Shown here in pieces: positions 1 to 8,849 of a stretch of DNA of 64,000 nt; position 1 is the stretch's first letter, and each line of letters begins with the position of its first letter. Source of the DNA: Gammaproteobacteria bacterium (GTDB taxonomy: Bacteria; Pseudomonadota; Gammaproteobacteria; JABABF01; JAHRAO01); the NCBI GenBank assembly GCA_020027215.1, contig JAHRAO010000018.1, positions 10,013-74,012 on the forward strand, given 5' to 3'. The position numbers were made by a program, and so were the translations under genes. The notes beneath the pieces are model-generated. The model was not told the DNA's origin. It did no database searches and saw only the letters and a list, made by a program, of their open reading frames with translations.

Positions 1-403
1 TATTGGCGACTCTATCTGTCGTGGGTGCAAACGTTTTGCTACGGAAATAGTCAATTGGAATCGCTATAATCTTTCAGAAAAAAAAGCAATTGAGCAACGA
101 CTACAGCAATTATTGATCCATGTTTTAAGCGATAGAATGCGGGTGTGTGATGCCCAACTACTCGCTAAACGATTGGAGGATGAATCAGTGTCCTACGCAC
201 GTCATCGCCCTCCTTTGTGTTGGGTGAATGACTTATTGCACAGCCCCAACCTATCGTCTCTTGACGATTTGCCCAGCTACGGTATTGAGTGCGTTCAACC
301 ATACACACAGACTCAATTGAATACGCTACGCGATGAAATTGACGATGATTTTTATGCCTTATCCAGCGCCTACTATAAGCGCTATCAAGCAGCCGATTCC
401 TAA
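1..403 (+). CDS. DUF1289-like cysteine-rich protein (5' partial, enters from upstream of window)
   Basis: The reading frame is open from base 2. The translation IGDSICRGCKRFATEIVNWNRYNLSEKKAIEQRL resembles the CxxC...W...EKRA motif of DUF1289/YdhL-type proteins. The ORF track calls only the TTG-started part 113..403. A strong terminator lies downstream. Confidence 0.4.
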   Translation, partial: IGDSICRGCKRFATEIVNWNRYNLSEKKAIEQRLQQLLIHVLSDRMRVCDAQLLAKRLEDESVSYARHRPPLCWVNDLLHSPNLSSLDDLPSYGIECVQPYTQTQLNTLRDEIDDDFYALSSAYYKRYQAADS

Positions 404-468
404 CAAACAAATACATCAGTGGGAACAAACTTCTACAGTGTTCCCGTCTGTAAGCCGCCAGAAACCTC

Positions 469-512
469 AAATCAACGCCAATTTACCCCCGTAAATTGGC
501 GTTGATTTCTGA
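469..512. terminator. Perfect 18-bp inverted repeat hairpin (AAATCAACGCCAATTTAC cccc GTAAATTGGCGTTGATTT) followed by TTTCTGATTGTT; likely bidirectional rho-independent terminator
   Basis: Inverted repeat read directly at 469-486 and 491-508, with a T-rich tract after it. It sits between the end of the plus-strand DUF1289 gene and the MTase remnant/GT genes on the minus strand. Confidence 0.6.
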
Positions 513-580
513 TTGTTCCACATTTTGTTGCACGCCCATCTTACGTATGGTTTTATATTCTTGGGCATAAAAGTTCCTCA

Positions 581-760
581 CTATGATCTATGCCGACACA
601 GTATCGGCTCATGTTTAATCGCCACTACTCTTGTTGTGTCGCTACCACAGAATGGATCAAGTATGTAATCGCCTTCATTGCTCAAAGATAAAATAAGGGA
701 ATTATATTTCCCACAACATATATTCTTTGCCTCGGGAATGTCTGTGTGAAAAGCATACAT
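581..760 (-). pseudogene. Remnant of a beta-class DNA methyltransferase (C-terminal motif I fragment only)
   Basis: ORF 581..814 (-) translates to ...LILSLSNEGDYILDPFCGSDTTRVVAIKHE. This aligns with [35 protein letters not shown] of the intact MTase at 43984..45282. The upstream ~330 aa of an MTase are absent and the ORF abuts the stop of the GT gene at 792. Confidence 0.45.
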
Positions 761-791
761 CACTTGGCAAACCCCACCCAACGACCCCCAT

Positions 792-1904
792 TTAATGCAA
801 TGATTTTGATGCATTTTTTGCCCTGACCATCGGCAAGATGCGCGTTAAGAAATCATGATGGCTTCGTTTGTCTGCCAACAAGCGCACACGACCCGCCTTT
901 GCAATTGCTTGTCTTTCATCATCGTGCGCCAGATAGTAGCGCACCTGTTTAATAAGTGCCTTTTCATCGTTGGGTGGAAAAAAAACTGCCTCTTTCCCAT
1001 CAATATAGAGTTGTCTATGCTCATTTGAATCTTCCGCTAACATAAAAGCAGAACAGGCGGGGATTTCTACCGAACGATCGGTATGCAAATCGCCATTTAA
1101 TTGGCGCAAAAAAGCCAAGTTAATTTTTGTGGCACATAAGTGCTGGATATACTCTTCACCGTAAAGCGGGTGATTGGCAACCAGCAAATTCGGATGCTTG
1201 CCAACCCATTTTTTCCAACCATTCCCAAAAACGCGCACCTTGATTCCGGCGCGCGCCAGCGACAGCATCATTGTGGCACGGGGTCTTTCATAGGTGCCAC
1301 AAAAACCGACATCGCCTCCCAACTGCTTCCGTTCATCACTTGTCGGGTCAATTGGACGATGGTAATGATGATCAAAAGTTTTCATTTCAAAATGCACTTG
1401 ACGCGCTCCGAAAGCAGGTAAGCCATCGGCGCCCGCGTTGGATGATTTTGTGGTAAAAACGTGATGATAAAGTGGTAAACAATGGCGAAAATAAATGCTC
1501 TGGTTGTGAGGCAAGCACATATTATCTTCGCTAAAAAATACTATGGTCATGTGCCTTTGTAGACGCATAATACGCCGTATAGTGGTGGGGTAAAGCACCA
1601 AGCATTTTTCTACCCATAATAGATCAATGGAGTGTTGCTGAGCATGCTGATAGAGTTGTCGATTGACATGATGCCGATCTAAAGGTAATCCGATGCGGTG
1701 CGTAATCTTATCTAGTATGGTTATATTGCCAAACAACAAAGAATCATTTGGTTGGTCAGCCAACATGGTCACTTGATGTTGCAATTCGCGCATGGCACGG
1801 CATCTTTGAGCGGTACGTCCGCAATCATTACCCACCACCACAATACGCAAAACAGATGATTGGTGCGTGCCTGTATTCAAGATTTTGTTTGTAATGCTTG
1901 CCAT
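792..1904 (-). CDS. Glycosyltransferase, GT1-like / CgeB-family (putative LPS or polysaccharide glycosyltransferase)
   Basis: 370-aa ORF. The C-terminal region (EAVFFPPNDEKALIKQVRYYLAHDDERQAIAKAGRVRLL) is typical of the GT-B C-terminal domain of CgeB-like GT1 enzymes. Family call is from motif recognition only. Confidence 0.5.
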   Translation of the reverse strand: MASITNKILNTGTHQSSVLRIVVVGNDCGRTAQRCRAMRELQHQVTMLADQPNDSLLFGNITILDKITHRIGLPLDRHHVNRQLYQHAQQHSIDLLWVEKCLVLYPTTIRRIMRLQRHMTIVFFSEDNMCLPHNQSIYFRHCLPLYHHVFTTKSSNAGADGLPAFGARQVHFEMKTFDHHYHRPIDPTSDERKQLGGDVGFCGTYERPRATMMLSLARAGIKVRVFGNGWKKWVGKHPNLLVANHPLYGEEYIQHLCATKINLAFLRQLNGDLHTDRSVEIPACSAFMLAEDSNEHRQLYIDGKEAVFFPPNDEKALIKQVRYYLAHDDERQAIAKAGRVRLLADKRSHHDFLTRILPMVRAKNASKSLH

Positions 1905-3052
1905 AAACCAGCGACATCCTCTTTATATGAGTGAGAATCTATGATGCGCAAACTTTCTTGTCCCATCTGATGACACAGATCGGGGTGACTGAGTAAAGCA
2001 CGCATACTATTCGTCAAGGCCTCCCGGTCATTTGCAGGGAGAATATAACCGTTGACACCGGTATGCACTAAATCATGCGCAGCGCCAACATGCTCGGTCG
2101 TAATAATTGCCGCACCGCCATTCATTGCCTCGTTGATCACCAAGCCGAAAGGTTCCTTTGTGGAGGGTAAGACAAAAACATCAGCCAATTGGTAATATGC
2201 CGGTAACTCCGATTGGTTCTTAAAACCGAGTGACCGCACACAATTTTCTAATCCCAAAGCAATGATATTTTCCTCGAGTTGAGTGCGTTGATTGCCATCC
2301 CCGATATACAGCAAAACGCTTTTATCTCGCTCATGAGGCTGTAAGTCAGCGTAAGCATCCAGTAAGAGTAACGCATTTTTTCTCTCGTATATTTTACTGG
2401 CAAACAATATCACTTTATCGTCCATGCCAATATTTAACTGGGTGCGTATTTCGCTACCCAGCGCCGCTGCCTCTTGACAGCGTTGGCGAAAATAAGCATT
2501 ATCTACCGCATAAGGCATATAAAAAAATTGATCGTCCTGCGCACCATAATGGCAATAATATTCGCGATTAGCGCGGCTGACCCATAATAAAGCCGCGGCG
2601 TTTTTTACTAATCGGCGAATGAAATAATCTTTCAGTATCCGCTGTGGCGCGCTGGATAAAGTCGCTTCACAACGATAAAATAAAGGGATCTTATACCGCT
2701 GGGATGCGCGCATTGCTTGCAATAGCGCATAATGTTGGTAACCATGCACCCATACTGCGTCCCACGATTGCGTGTGCAACAAGTGGGAAATGCTTGTGGT
2801 GCGCGGGGTGAGAAAAGAAAATTCATTTTGTTGTCCGCGTGATGATAAGAATTGATAATGATATCCAGTCAATAAACGAACGTCCCATTTGATACTCCGA
2901 CCAAATTCTTGATCGTAAAATTCATTGAGTGAAAAATCCGAAACAAAAAAGACCTGCAAGTCAATATATGGGTGGCGCGCAATCTCCTGTAATAAAGGAA
3001 TTTGGTACTGTATGGGATGAGAAACAAAATAGGCTAAACGGTATATTTTCAT
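1877..3052 (-). CDS. Glycosyltransferase family 4 (GT-B, group 1 glycosyl transferase)
   Basis: 391-aa ORF with the characteristic EPFGLVINEAMNGGAAIITTEHVGAAHDLV motif (E-x7-E region) of GT4 enzymes. It overlaps the downstream GT gene by 28 nt, which suggests an operon. Confidence 0.7.
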   Translation of the reverse strand: MKIYRLAYFVSHPIQYQIPLLQEIARHPYIDLQVFFVSDFSLNEFYDQEFGRSIKWDVRLLTGYHYQFLSSRGQQNEFSFLTPRTTSISHLLHTQSWDAVWVHGYQHYALLQAMRASQRYKIPLFYRCEATLSSAPQRILKDYFIRRLVKNAAALLWVSRANREYYCHYGAQDDQFFYMPYAVDNAYFRQRCQEAAALGSEIRTQLNIGMDDKVILFASKIYERKNALLLLDAYADLQPHERDKSVLLYIGDGNQRTQLEENIIALGLENCVRSLGFKNQSELPAYYQLADVFVLPSTKEPFGLVINEAMNGGAAIITTEHVGAAHDLVHTGVNGYILPANDREALTNSMRALLSHPDLCHQMGQESLRIIDSHSYKEDVAGLWQALQTKS

Positions 3053-3130
3053 TCGTGATCTTTATAAAATTACATGCGAGAAGACCATGCAGCTTGAATG
3101 GCTACTCCGTCTCATCCCCTCAACACAATC

Positions 3131-4066
3131 TTAATGGTACGGGGATTTCCCATCAGGTTGCACCCTAAAACGCCGGGCGAGCCACATATATTGTTCGGGT
3201 GCCAATGCAATGAGTTCTTCCATTGCTTTATTGATACGCACAGCGTTGTCTCGGTTATCATCGCTGGGAAAATTCTGGAGTGGCGCTCCAAAGTGGATAT
3301 GACAGCCTTCTCCGTTGGGCTGGATGATAGGGATCACAGGAATGACTATGGATTGAAATAAACGTGCTAAGCGAGCGATAGCAGAATTGGTTGAGAATTG
3401 CGTGCCAAAGAATGGGGCAAATACAGCGCGTTGTGCGTCGCCTGATGTGTCGTATGAGGCGATATAGCATGGGTTCACTTTTAACGCGCGTGCCAAATTC
3501 ATTACACCGCTATTGCGGTCAATGACGATACCACCATAGCGCGTACGGTAACGGGTATGCAAGTAATCCAGCAGTCGGTTATTGACAGGGTTAATGAATG
3601 ACACGGACGGAATAAATTGGGACAAAGTAACCCCGCACCAATCAATACCTATCATATGGGCATTGATTAAAATGACATTATCACCATTATCAATTGCGCG
3701 TTGGAGATGGTGTAAGCCGATATAACGCGTCATATGCGTGATGTATCGACTACTGCGAAACCAGAGCACTGCATAGAGGGGAACAATTTGACCATAACAA
3801 TAAAAACATTGCCGCACCATCTTGTTTCGTTCATCGGCAGATTGATCGGGGAAACAAAGGCGTAGATTAGTCATTGCAACTGTGCGTCCTTTTTTATAGA
3901 CGATGTAGTAGAGCCGCCCAAGGACATTGCCGATAAAGTAGCGCACGAATTTCGGCATATACGCCAACACAAATATCGCCAATAAAACCAACCATATCAA
4001 CCAATATTGGGGTAAAAAAAAGGAAGCGCTCAAACGCGGCTGGAATAACTTTATGTGACTCACCAC
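3131..4066 (-). CDS. lpxL: Lipid A biosynthesis lauroyl/myristoyl acyltransferase (LpxL/LpxM/HtrB family)
   Basis: 311 aa with an N-terminal transmembrane segment and the HxxxxD acyltransferase motif (NAHMIGIDW). Overall length and layout match Kdo2-lipid IVA acyltransferases. Confidence 0.7.
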   Translation of the reverse strand: MVSHIKLFQPRLSASFFLPQYWLIWLVLLAIFVLAYMPKFVRYFIGNVLGRLYYIVYKKGRTVAMTNLRLCFPDQSADERNKMVRQCFYCYGQIVPLYAVLWFRSSRYITHMTRYIGLHHLQRAIDNGDNVILINAHMIGIDWCGVTLSQFIPSVSFINPVNNRLLDYLHTRYRTRYGGIVIDRNSGVMNLARALKVNPCYIASYDTSGDAQRAVFAPFFGTQFSTNSAIARLARLFQSIVIPVIPIIQPNGEGCHIHFGAPLQNFPSDDNRDNAVRINKAMEELIALAPEQYMWLARRFRVQPDGKSPYH

Positions 4067-4203
4067 AAATATGCTCGCATCGTATCAGTAAAAGGTTCTA
4101 CCATACATCAATTATAATATCTGGGGGAACAATTTTATCCGCATGCACCATTAACTGATAGTGCCGTAGTAATTTTCATTAGACCAAAGAATACCGTAAA
4201 AAG

Positions 4204-5655
4204 ATGACAATTGATTGGGAAACAATGATCGGCGTTGAGATTCACGTCCAGCTCGCTACGCAATCCAAGTTATTTTCGGCAGCGCATACCCTTTACGGCG
4301 CGGCTCCTAATAGTCAAGCACATGAAATTGATCTCGCTTTGCCCGGTACACTCCCCGTACTCAACCAACAATCTGTGTCTATGGCGGTCAAATTCGGCAT
4401 TGCCATAGGCGCACATATTAACCAGCGATCAACATTTGATAGAAAAAATTATTTTTATCCCGATCTTCCCAAAGGATATCAAATTAGCCAATATTATACC
4501 CCCATCATCGGCAACGGGAAGGTGAGCATTACAAGTAATAACGTGGCTAAAACCATCCGCATCCATCATGCACATTTAGAAGAAGATGCAGGAAAATTAC
4601 TCCACGATCAATCTCCCCATCAATCTGCAGTGGACTTAAATCGCGCCGGAATGCCTTTATTAGAGATCGTATCCGAACCCGACATGTGCAATGCCCACGA
4701 GACAGTGGCATACCTCAAACAGATCCATCAATTAGTCCGTTACATTGGCATTTCAGATGGAAAAATGGCAGAAGGGTCTATGCGTTTTGACATTAATGTC
4801 TCCGTCAGACCGGCGGGGAGCACAAAACTTGGTCAAAGAACGGAAATCAAAAATATCAATTCTTTCCGCTTCGTTGAGCAGGCCATTGACTACGAAGTGC
4901 AGCGGCACATCAGTTTACTTCGCAAAGGACAAAGCATTACTCGTGAAACGCGACTATACGATGAAAAAAGTCGCACAACACGGAGTATGCGCGAAAAAGA
5001 AGCCGATCACGATTACCGCTATTTTACCGATCCCGATTTGCCGCCAGTAATCGTCAGCGAAAAAAACATTGACGCCCTACGCACAGGCATGCCAGAATTA
5101 CCGCAAGAAAAAAGTCAGCGCTTTATAAAAGAGTACGGTATCCCTCCAACAACCGCCAATTTCATTGCCACAGATTTTGATCGGTCCCAGTATTTTGAAG
5201 AACTCATCATTCATTGTGAAGACAAACTATTCGCCGCCAATACGGTTGTCGGTATGCTAACCGCCCAATTAAATAAAACGCACACCGCCATCGCCGATTG
5301 TCCAGTTGCCCCAAAACGGCTCGGTGAACTATTAAATCAAGTGTGCGCTCAAACGATTAGCAATACTGCCGCCCAGCACGTACTCACAAAAATGTGGGAA
5401 AGCAATCAGGACCCCAAATCAATTATTGACCGAGAACATTTAGCGCAGTTATCCGATTCCGACACTTTATTGGGCTGGATTAATGAAGTGATTGTCGCGT
5501 CGCCCAAACAGGTGGCACAATACCGAGTAGCAGATGAAAATAAGCGCAAAAAATTATTGGGTTACTTTGTCGGGCAAGCCATGCGCCTATCTAAAGGACA
5601 AGCAAATCCCAAAATGCTCAATCAAATGATGCACGATAAGTTATTGGATAAATAA
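4204..5655 (+). CDS. gatB: Asp-tRNA(Asn)/Glu-tRNA(Gln) amidotransferase subunit B
   Basis: 483 aa. The N-terminus MTIDWETMIGVEIHVQL and the motifs DRKNYFYPDLPKGYQISQ and SMRFDINVS are canonical for GatB. Confidence 0.9.
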   Translation: MTIDWETMIGVEIHVQLATQSKLFSAAHTLYGAAPNSQAHEIDLALPGTLPVLNQQSVSMAVKFGIAIGAHINQRSTFDRKNYFYPDLPKGYQISQYYTPIIGNGKVSITSNNVAKTIRIHHAHLEEDAGKLLHDQSPHQSAVDLNRAGMPLLEIVSEPDMCNAHETVAYLKQIHQLVRYIGISDGKMAEGSMRFDINVSVRPAGSTKLGQRTEIKNINSFRFVEQAIDYEVQRHISLLRKGQSITRETRLYDEKSRTTRSMREKEADHDYRYFTDPDLPPVIVSEKNIDALRTGMPELPQEKSQRFIKEYGIPPTTANFIATDFDRSQYFEELIIHCEDKLFAANTVVGMLTAQLNKTHTAIADCPVAPKRLGELLNQVCAQTISNTAAQHVLTKMWESNQDPKSIIDREHLAQLSDSDTLLGWINEVIVASPKQVAQYRVADENKRKKLLGYFVGQAMRLSKGQANPKMLNQMMHDKLLDK

Positions 5656-5665
5656 CCCCACCATA

Positions 5666-5962
5666 TTGAAAAAAGATAAAGAAAAAGTCATTGATGAGGT
5701 ATGGACTCCCGAACGAGTGCGTAGTTTCCTCTATATACAGCCCCCTACACACCTTCATGCCGATTTTCATTGTCTATTGCGAGCATATCAAAGCATGCGT
5801 AGCAGTGATTTTCGCCTATTTGTACAATACTTTTGTGCAGCAGGGCGCGACATTAATGTGCGCAATGATCGCGGCGCAACGCTGTTAGAGATTATCAGCC
5901 AACACCGCCACGCCAGCGAATTTATCGCAGTGTTACGCCAAGCGGGTGTGCAGAAAAAGTAA
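5666..5962 (+). CDS. Small hypothetical protein with one to two ankyrin-like repeats
   Basis: 98 aa. The C-terminal half (GRDINVRNDRGATLLEIISQHRHASEFIAVLRQAGV) fits the ankyrin repeat consensus. No other recognisable domain. Confidence 0.3.
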   Translation: MKKDKEKVIDEVWTPERVRSFLYIQPPTHLHADFHCLLRAYQSMRSSDFRLFVQYFCAAGRDINVRNDRGATLLEIISQHRHASEFIAVLRQAGVQKK

Positions 5963-5973
5963 TTTACTTTCTT

Positions 5974-7068
5974 TTATTTGTGCTGCCGACCTCGCCGACA
6001 CAGTGCAACAATAAAGGGTAACAGCAACAATAAAGGTGCTGACGATGCGCCGACTGATGCAGGAGCAAAACTACATCCACTACTGCTGGACGAAGTAGGG
6101 GATGATGGTGTGGGCGTTGTTGGCGGCGCAACCACAGTAATACTCACCGTAGCAGTGGTGGAACGTGATACGCCATCCGATACACTATATTGGATATCAT
6201 CGGCACCCGTATAATTTGCGTTGGGCATATATCTATACTGCCCTCCAGTAGCGGTGAGCATGCCGTTACTGGGGTTGGTCACGGAGGCCGTCAAAGTCGT
6301 ATTGCCCACATCAGTGCCACTCAATGAAAAAGTAACGCTTTGGTTTTGGGTTGTGCGCACCGTCACTGCTCTGACGGTGGGGCGGGCGTTATAGATAATA
6401 TTTTCGCTGGCCGAGACGAATGCGGAGTCACTAGTCTGCACCCCATTGGCATCAACTGCCATAGCGACAATGCTCAGCGTATCGCTCCCACTACCCGCAC
6501 TGGTTAATGCCGCGCCCGCCATCCATCTTAAACCATTCCACGTGACTGTATGTGTAGATCCGGATATTGTAGTGCCTTTACGTTGCGCATGGGTTAATTC
6601 CGCCACACCACTCCGGCGTGCCATGCTTCCACTTGTTGTTTGGCTTGTAGCGTTGACATCCGTGATTCCAGACATCACGCCTAAGGTAGCAGACGTATTC
6701 TGATTCCACAGGTTAAAGCCACCACCAAAAGAGGTGTCTCCTACAGTAAAGCTACTCGTTTGAGGGAAAGCGAGTACGATATTAAACGTGGCGGGGCTAG
6801 CATTGATTACTTTAGAAGCAGTGGAAATTACGCCAGGGCTGGACATAATTTGTATGGATACAGTGGCACTCGCATTTCTGGGCGAGGCGTGGCAGCCACT
6901 TTGATTACAATTCATTTGAGTGGTCACTCCAACTCTGCCCGTTGCATTGCCGTACGCCAATGCAGACCAAGTCAAGGCAATGACTATTCCAATCAAAGTG
7001 GCTAGAATACAATATCCTTGCGCACAATGTTGCACAAAAGACTTGGAGAATAAAAATAATTTTTCCAT
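5974..7068 (-). CDS. Secreted Ig-like/cadherin-like repeat protein with C-terminal hydrophobic helix plus basic tail (sorting-signal-like)
   Basis: 364 aa with an N-terminal signal/TM segment and a Ser/Thr/Gly/Asn-rich beta-repeat body (..ADDIQYSVSDGVSRSTTATVSITVVAPP..). The C-terminus is PTTPTPSSPTSSSSSGCSFAPASVGASSAPLLLLLPFIVALCRRGRQHK. It resembles the giant adhesin at the 3' end of the window. Confidence 0.5.
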   Translation of the reverse strand: MEKLFLFSKSFVQHCAQGYCILATLIGIVIALTWSALAYGNATGRVGVTTQMNCNQSGCHASPRNASATVSIQIMSSPGVISTASKVINASPATFNIVLAFPQTSSFTVGDTSFGGGFNLWNQNTSATLGVMSGITDVNATSQTTSGSMARRSGVAELTHAQRKGTTISGSTHTVTWNGLRWMAGAALTSAGSGSDTLSIVAMAVDANGVQTSDSAFVSASENIIYNARPTVRAVTVRTTQNQSVTFSLSGTDVGNTTLTASVTNPSNGMLTATGGQYRYMPNANYTGADDIQYSVSDGVSRSTTATVSITVVAPPTTPTPSSPTSSSSSGCSFAPASVGASSAPLLLLLPFIVALCRRGRQHK

Positions 7069-7150
7069 TGTAGAGTACTCCTCATAGTTTATAAATTACA
7101 ACGGGTTTATTATATCATATTCTTTGTGAAAACATAATAAGTGATGACAA

Positions 7151-8494
7151 GTGATGACTAAGCACATAGAAGGTAGCACAGTGGTAAGCGACAATAAAGA
7201 TGCGGTTTATATCGCCCCGCATTATCTTTTAACAACGCCCTTTCGCCGAACGGCTGCCCTGACGCAGAAATTACATCGGGCGGGTTACCAAGCATGGATA
7301 GTGGGTGGAGCAGTGCGCGATATGGTATTGGGAATGATGCCGCGTGAATACGATCTGGTGAGTGATGCCACACCGCAAGAATTACAAAAGATTTTTCCAA
7401 TATCCAAAGGTGTCGGTAAAGCCTTTGGTATCTCATTAGTCATTTACGAACAACACGCATTTGAAATTGCCACTTTTAGAAAAGAACGATTTTACGATGA
7501 TGGACGCCACCCTCGTACAGTGCATTATTGTCGTTCCGCTCAGCAAGATGTCTTACGGCGCGATTTTACGGTGAATGGTTTGCTGTGCGATGTACGTAAT
7601 GGGCAGGTCGTAGATTATGTCAATGGGGTAGAGGACATCCGGCAGCGCATCATTCGAACCATTGGCACCGCACAAAAAAGATTTGCGGAAGACCGCCTCC
7701 GTATTTTACGCGCTATCCGTTTTGCCACCATTTTGCAATTTGATATAGAAGAGCACACCATGCACGCCATAGTGAAAAGCGCACATTCCATTGATATTTT
7801 AAGCTGGGAGCGCATTCGCAACGAATTATTCCTGATTATCACCAGCCCTTTTCCTGGTCGTGGACTGCAGTGGCTACACCACACGGGATTGCTCGCTCAT
7901 ATTCTTCCTGAAATCCATAGTGCCATGGAGGCAGAAGACAATGAATTTTGCCGTGCACTGGACTATTTATCCAAACAATCCGCAAACGTCAGCGACCACC
8001 ATAAGCAGGCGGAAGCCCTTGCTCTGTTACTTTACCAATTGCCCGGTCAAACACAATCTATACAGACACACGCAACCACAATCTGTAATCGCCTGCGTTT
8101 ATCACGTCAGCAACGCACATTGATTATCTCTTTTATTACTCATCGGACGGACTTTGCCTCAGCAAGGGGCATGACCCAAGCCCAGCTCAAAAAAATGATT
8201 GCCTTACCGCAGTTTGCGAATCATCTCAGATTATACTTAGTGCATTGCTTAACCCATCAGCACGACTTGGCAACATATCATTGGATCAATCAACAGGCAG
8301 TACTCTTGAAAAATGAATTACACCCCACACCACTGCTCAATGGAAACGATTTAATCGCTATGGATTATGCCCCGAGTCGCTTATTGAGCCACATTTTAGA
8401 AGAAGTGTACACACAACAATTAGAGGGAAAATTGAAAGATAAAGCAGAGGCTATACAATTTGTTCGCAATCACTTTCCTCGTAAGGGCATTTGA
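7151..8494 (+). CDS. cca: tRNA nucleotidyltransferase (CCA-adding) / poly(A) polymerase family protein
   Basis: 447 aa. The head-domain motifs GGAVRD..., ...DLVSDATP... and RRDFTVNGL match the Pol-beta nucleotidyltransferase head of CCA/PcnB enzymes. It has an unusual ~35-aa N-terminal extension, and I saw no HD motif in the C-terminal half. Confidence 0.65.
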   Translation: MMTKHIEGSTVVSDNKDAVYIAPHYLLTTPFRRTAALTQKLHRAGYQAWIVGGAVRDMVLGMMPREYDLVSDATPQELQKIFPISKGVGKAFGISLVIYEQHAFEIATFRKERFYDDGRHPRTVHYCRSAQQDVLRRDFTVNGLLCDVRNGQVVDYVNGVEDIRQRIIRTIGTAQKRFAEDRLRILRAIRFATILQFDIEEHTMHAIVKSAHSIDILSWERIRNELFLIITSPFPGRGLQWLHHTGLLAHILPEIHSAMEAEDNEFCRALDYLSKQSANVSDHHKQAEALALLLYQLPGQTQSIQTHATTICNRLRLSRQQRTLIISFITHRTDFASARGMTQAQLKKMIALPQFANHLRLYLVHCLTHQHDLATYHWINQQAVLLKNELHPTPLLNGNDLIAMDYAPSRLLSHILEEVYTQQLEGKLKDKAEAIQFVRNHFPRKGI

Positions 8495-8521
8495 TATAAT
8501 GCCCCATAAAGTTTGGGCATG

Positions 8522-8598
8522 CGGGGTATAGCGCAGTTTGGCAGCGCACCAGCTTTGGGAGCTGGGGGTCGGGAGTTCGAATCTCCCTGCCCCGACCA
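8522..8598 (+). tRNA. tRNA-Pro (anticodon TGG)
   Basis: Manual cloverleaf: acceptor CGGGGTA/TGCCCCG, anticodon stem CCAGC/GCTGG with loop TTTGGGA, T-arm GGGAGTTCGAATCTCCC, 3' ACCA encoded. Confidence 0.85.
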
Positions 8599-8600
8599 GT

Positions 8601-8677
8601 GCGCCTGTAGCTCAATTGGATAGAGCAACGGCCTTCTAAGCCGTAGGTTGTAGGTTCGAATCCTACCTGGCGCACCA
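8601..8677 (+). tRNA. tRNA-Arg (anticodon TCT)
   Basis: Acceptor GCGCCTG/..CAGGCGC, anticodon stem ACGGC/GCCGT with loop CTTCTAA, T-arm GGTTCGAATCC, CCA encoded. Begins 3 nt after tRNA-Pro. Confidence 0.85.
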
Positions 8678-8759
8678 ATTTTCTTCTCTTTCCTCCGCGA
8701 TGAAATAATCAATCCCCTATAGTTTATGTCATAATATCTCCACAATCATTCATTGTGAT

Positions 8760-8836
8760 GGTGAGCGTAGCTCAGATGGTAGAGCACAGGATTGTGGCTC
8801 CTGCGGTCGGGGGTTCGATTCCCCTCGCTCACCCCA
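8760..8836 (+). tRNA. tRNA-His (anticodon GTG) with genomically encoded G-1
   Basis: Acceptor GTGAGCG/CGCTCAC, anticodon stem CAGGA/TCCTG with loop TTGTGGC, T-arm GGGGGTTCGATTCCCC. An extra 5' G opposes discriminator C, as is typical of bacterial tRNA-His. Confidence 0.85.
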
Positions 8837-8849
8837 CCATAATACACAT

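Noticed and set aside
165-470. 101-aa minus-strand ORF antisense to the DUF1289-like gene
   Set aside because: It overlaps the better-supported plus-strand frame, which continues to the window edge. It has no motif.
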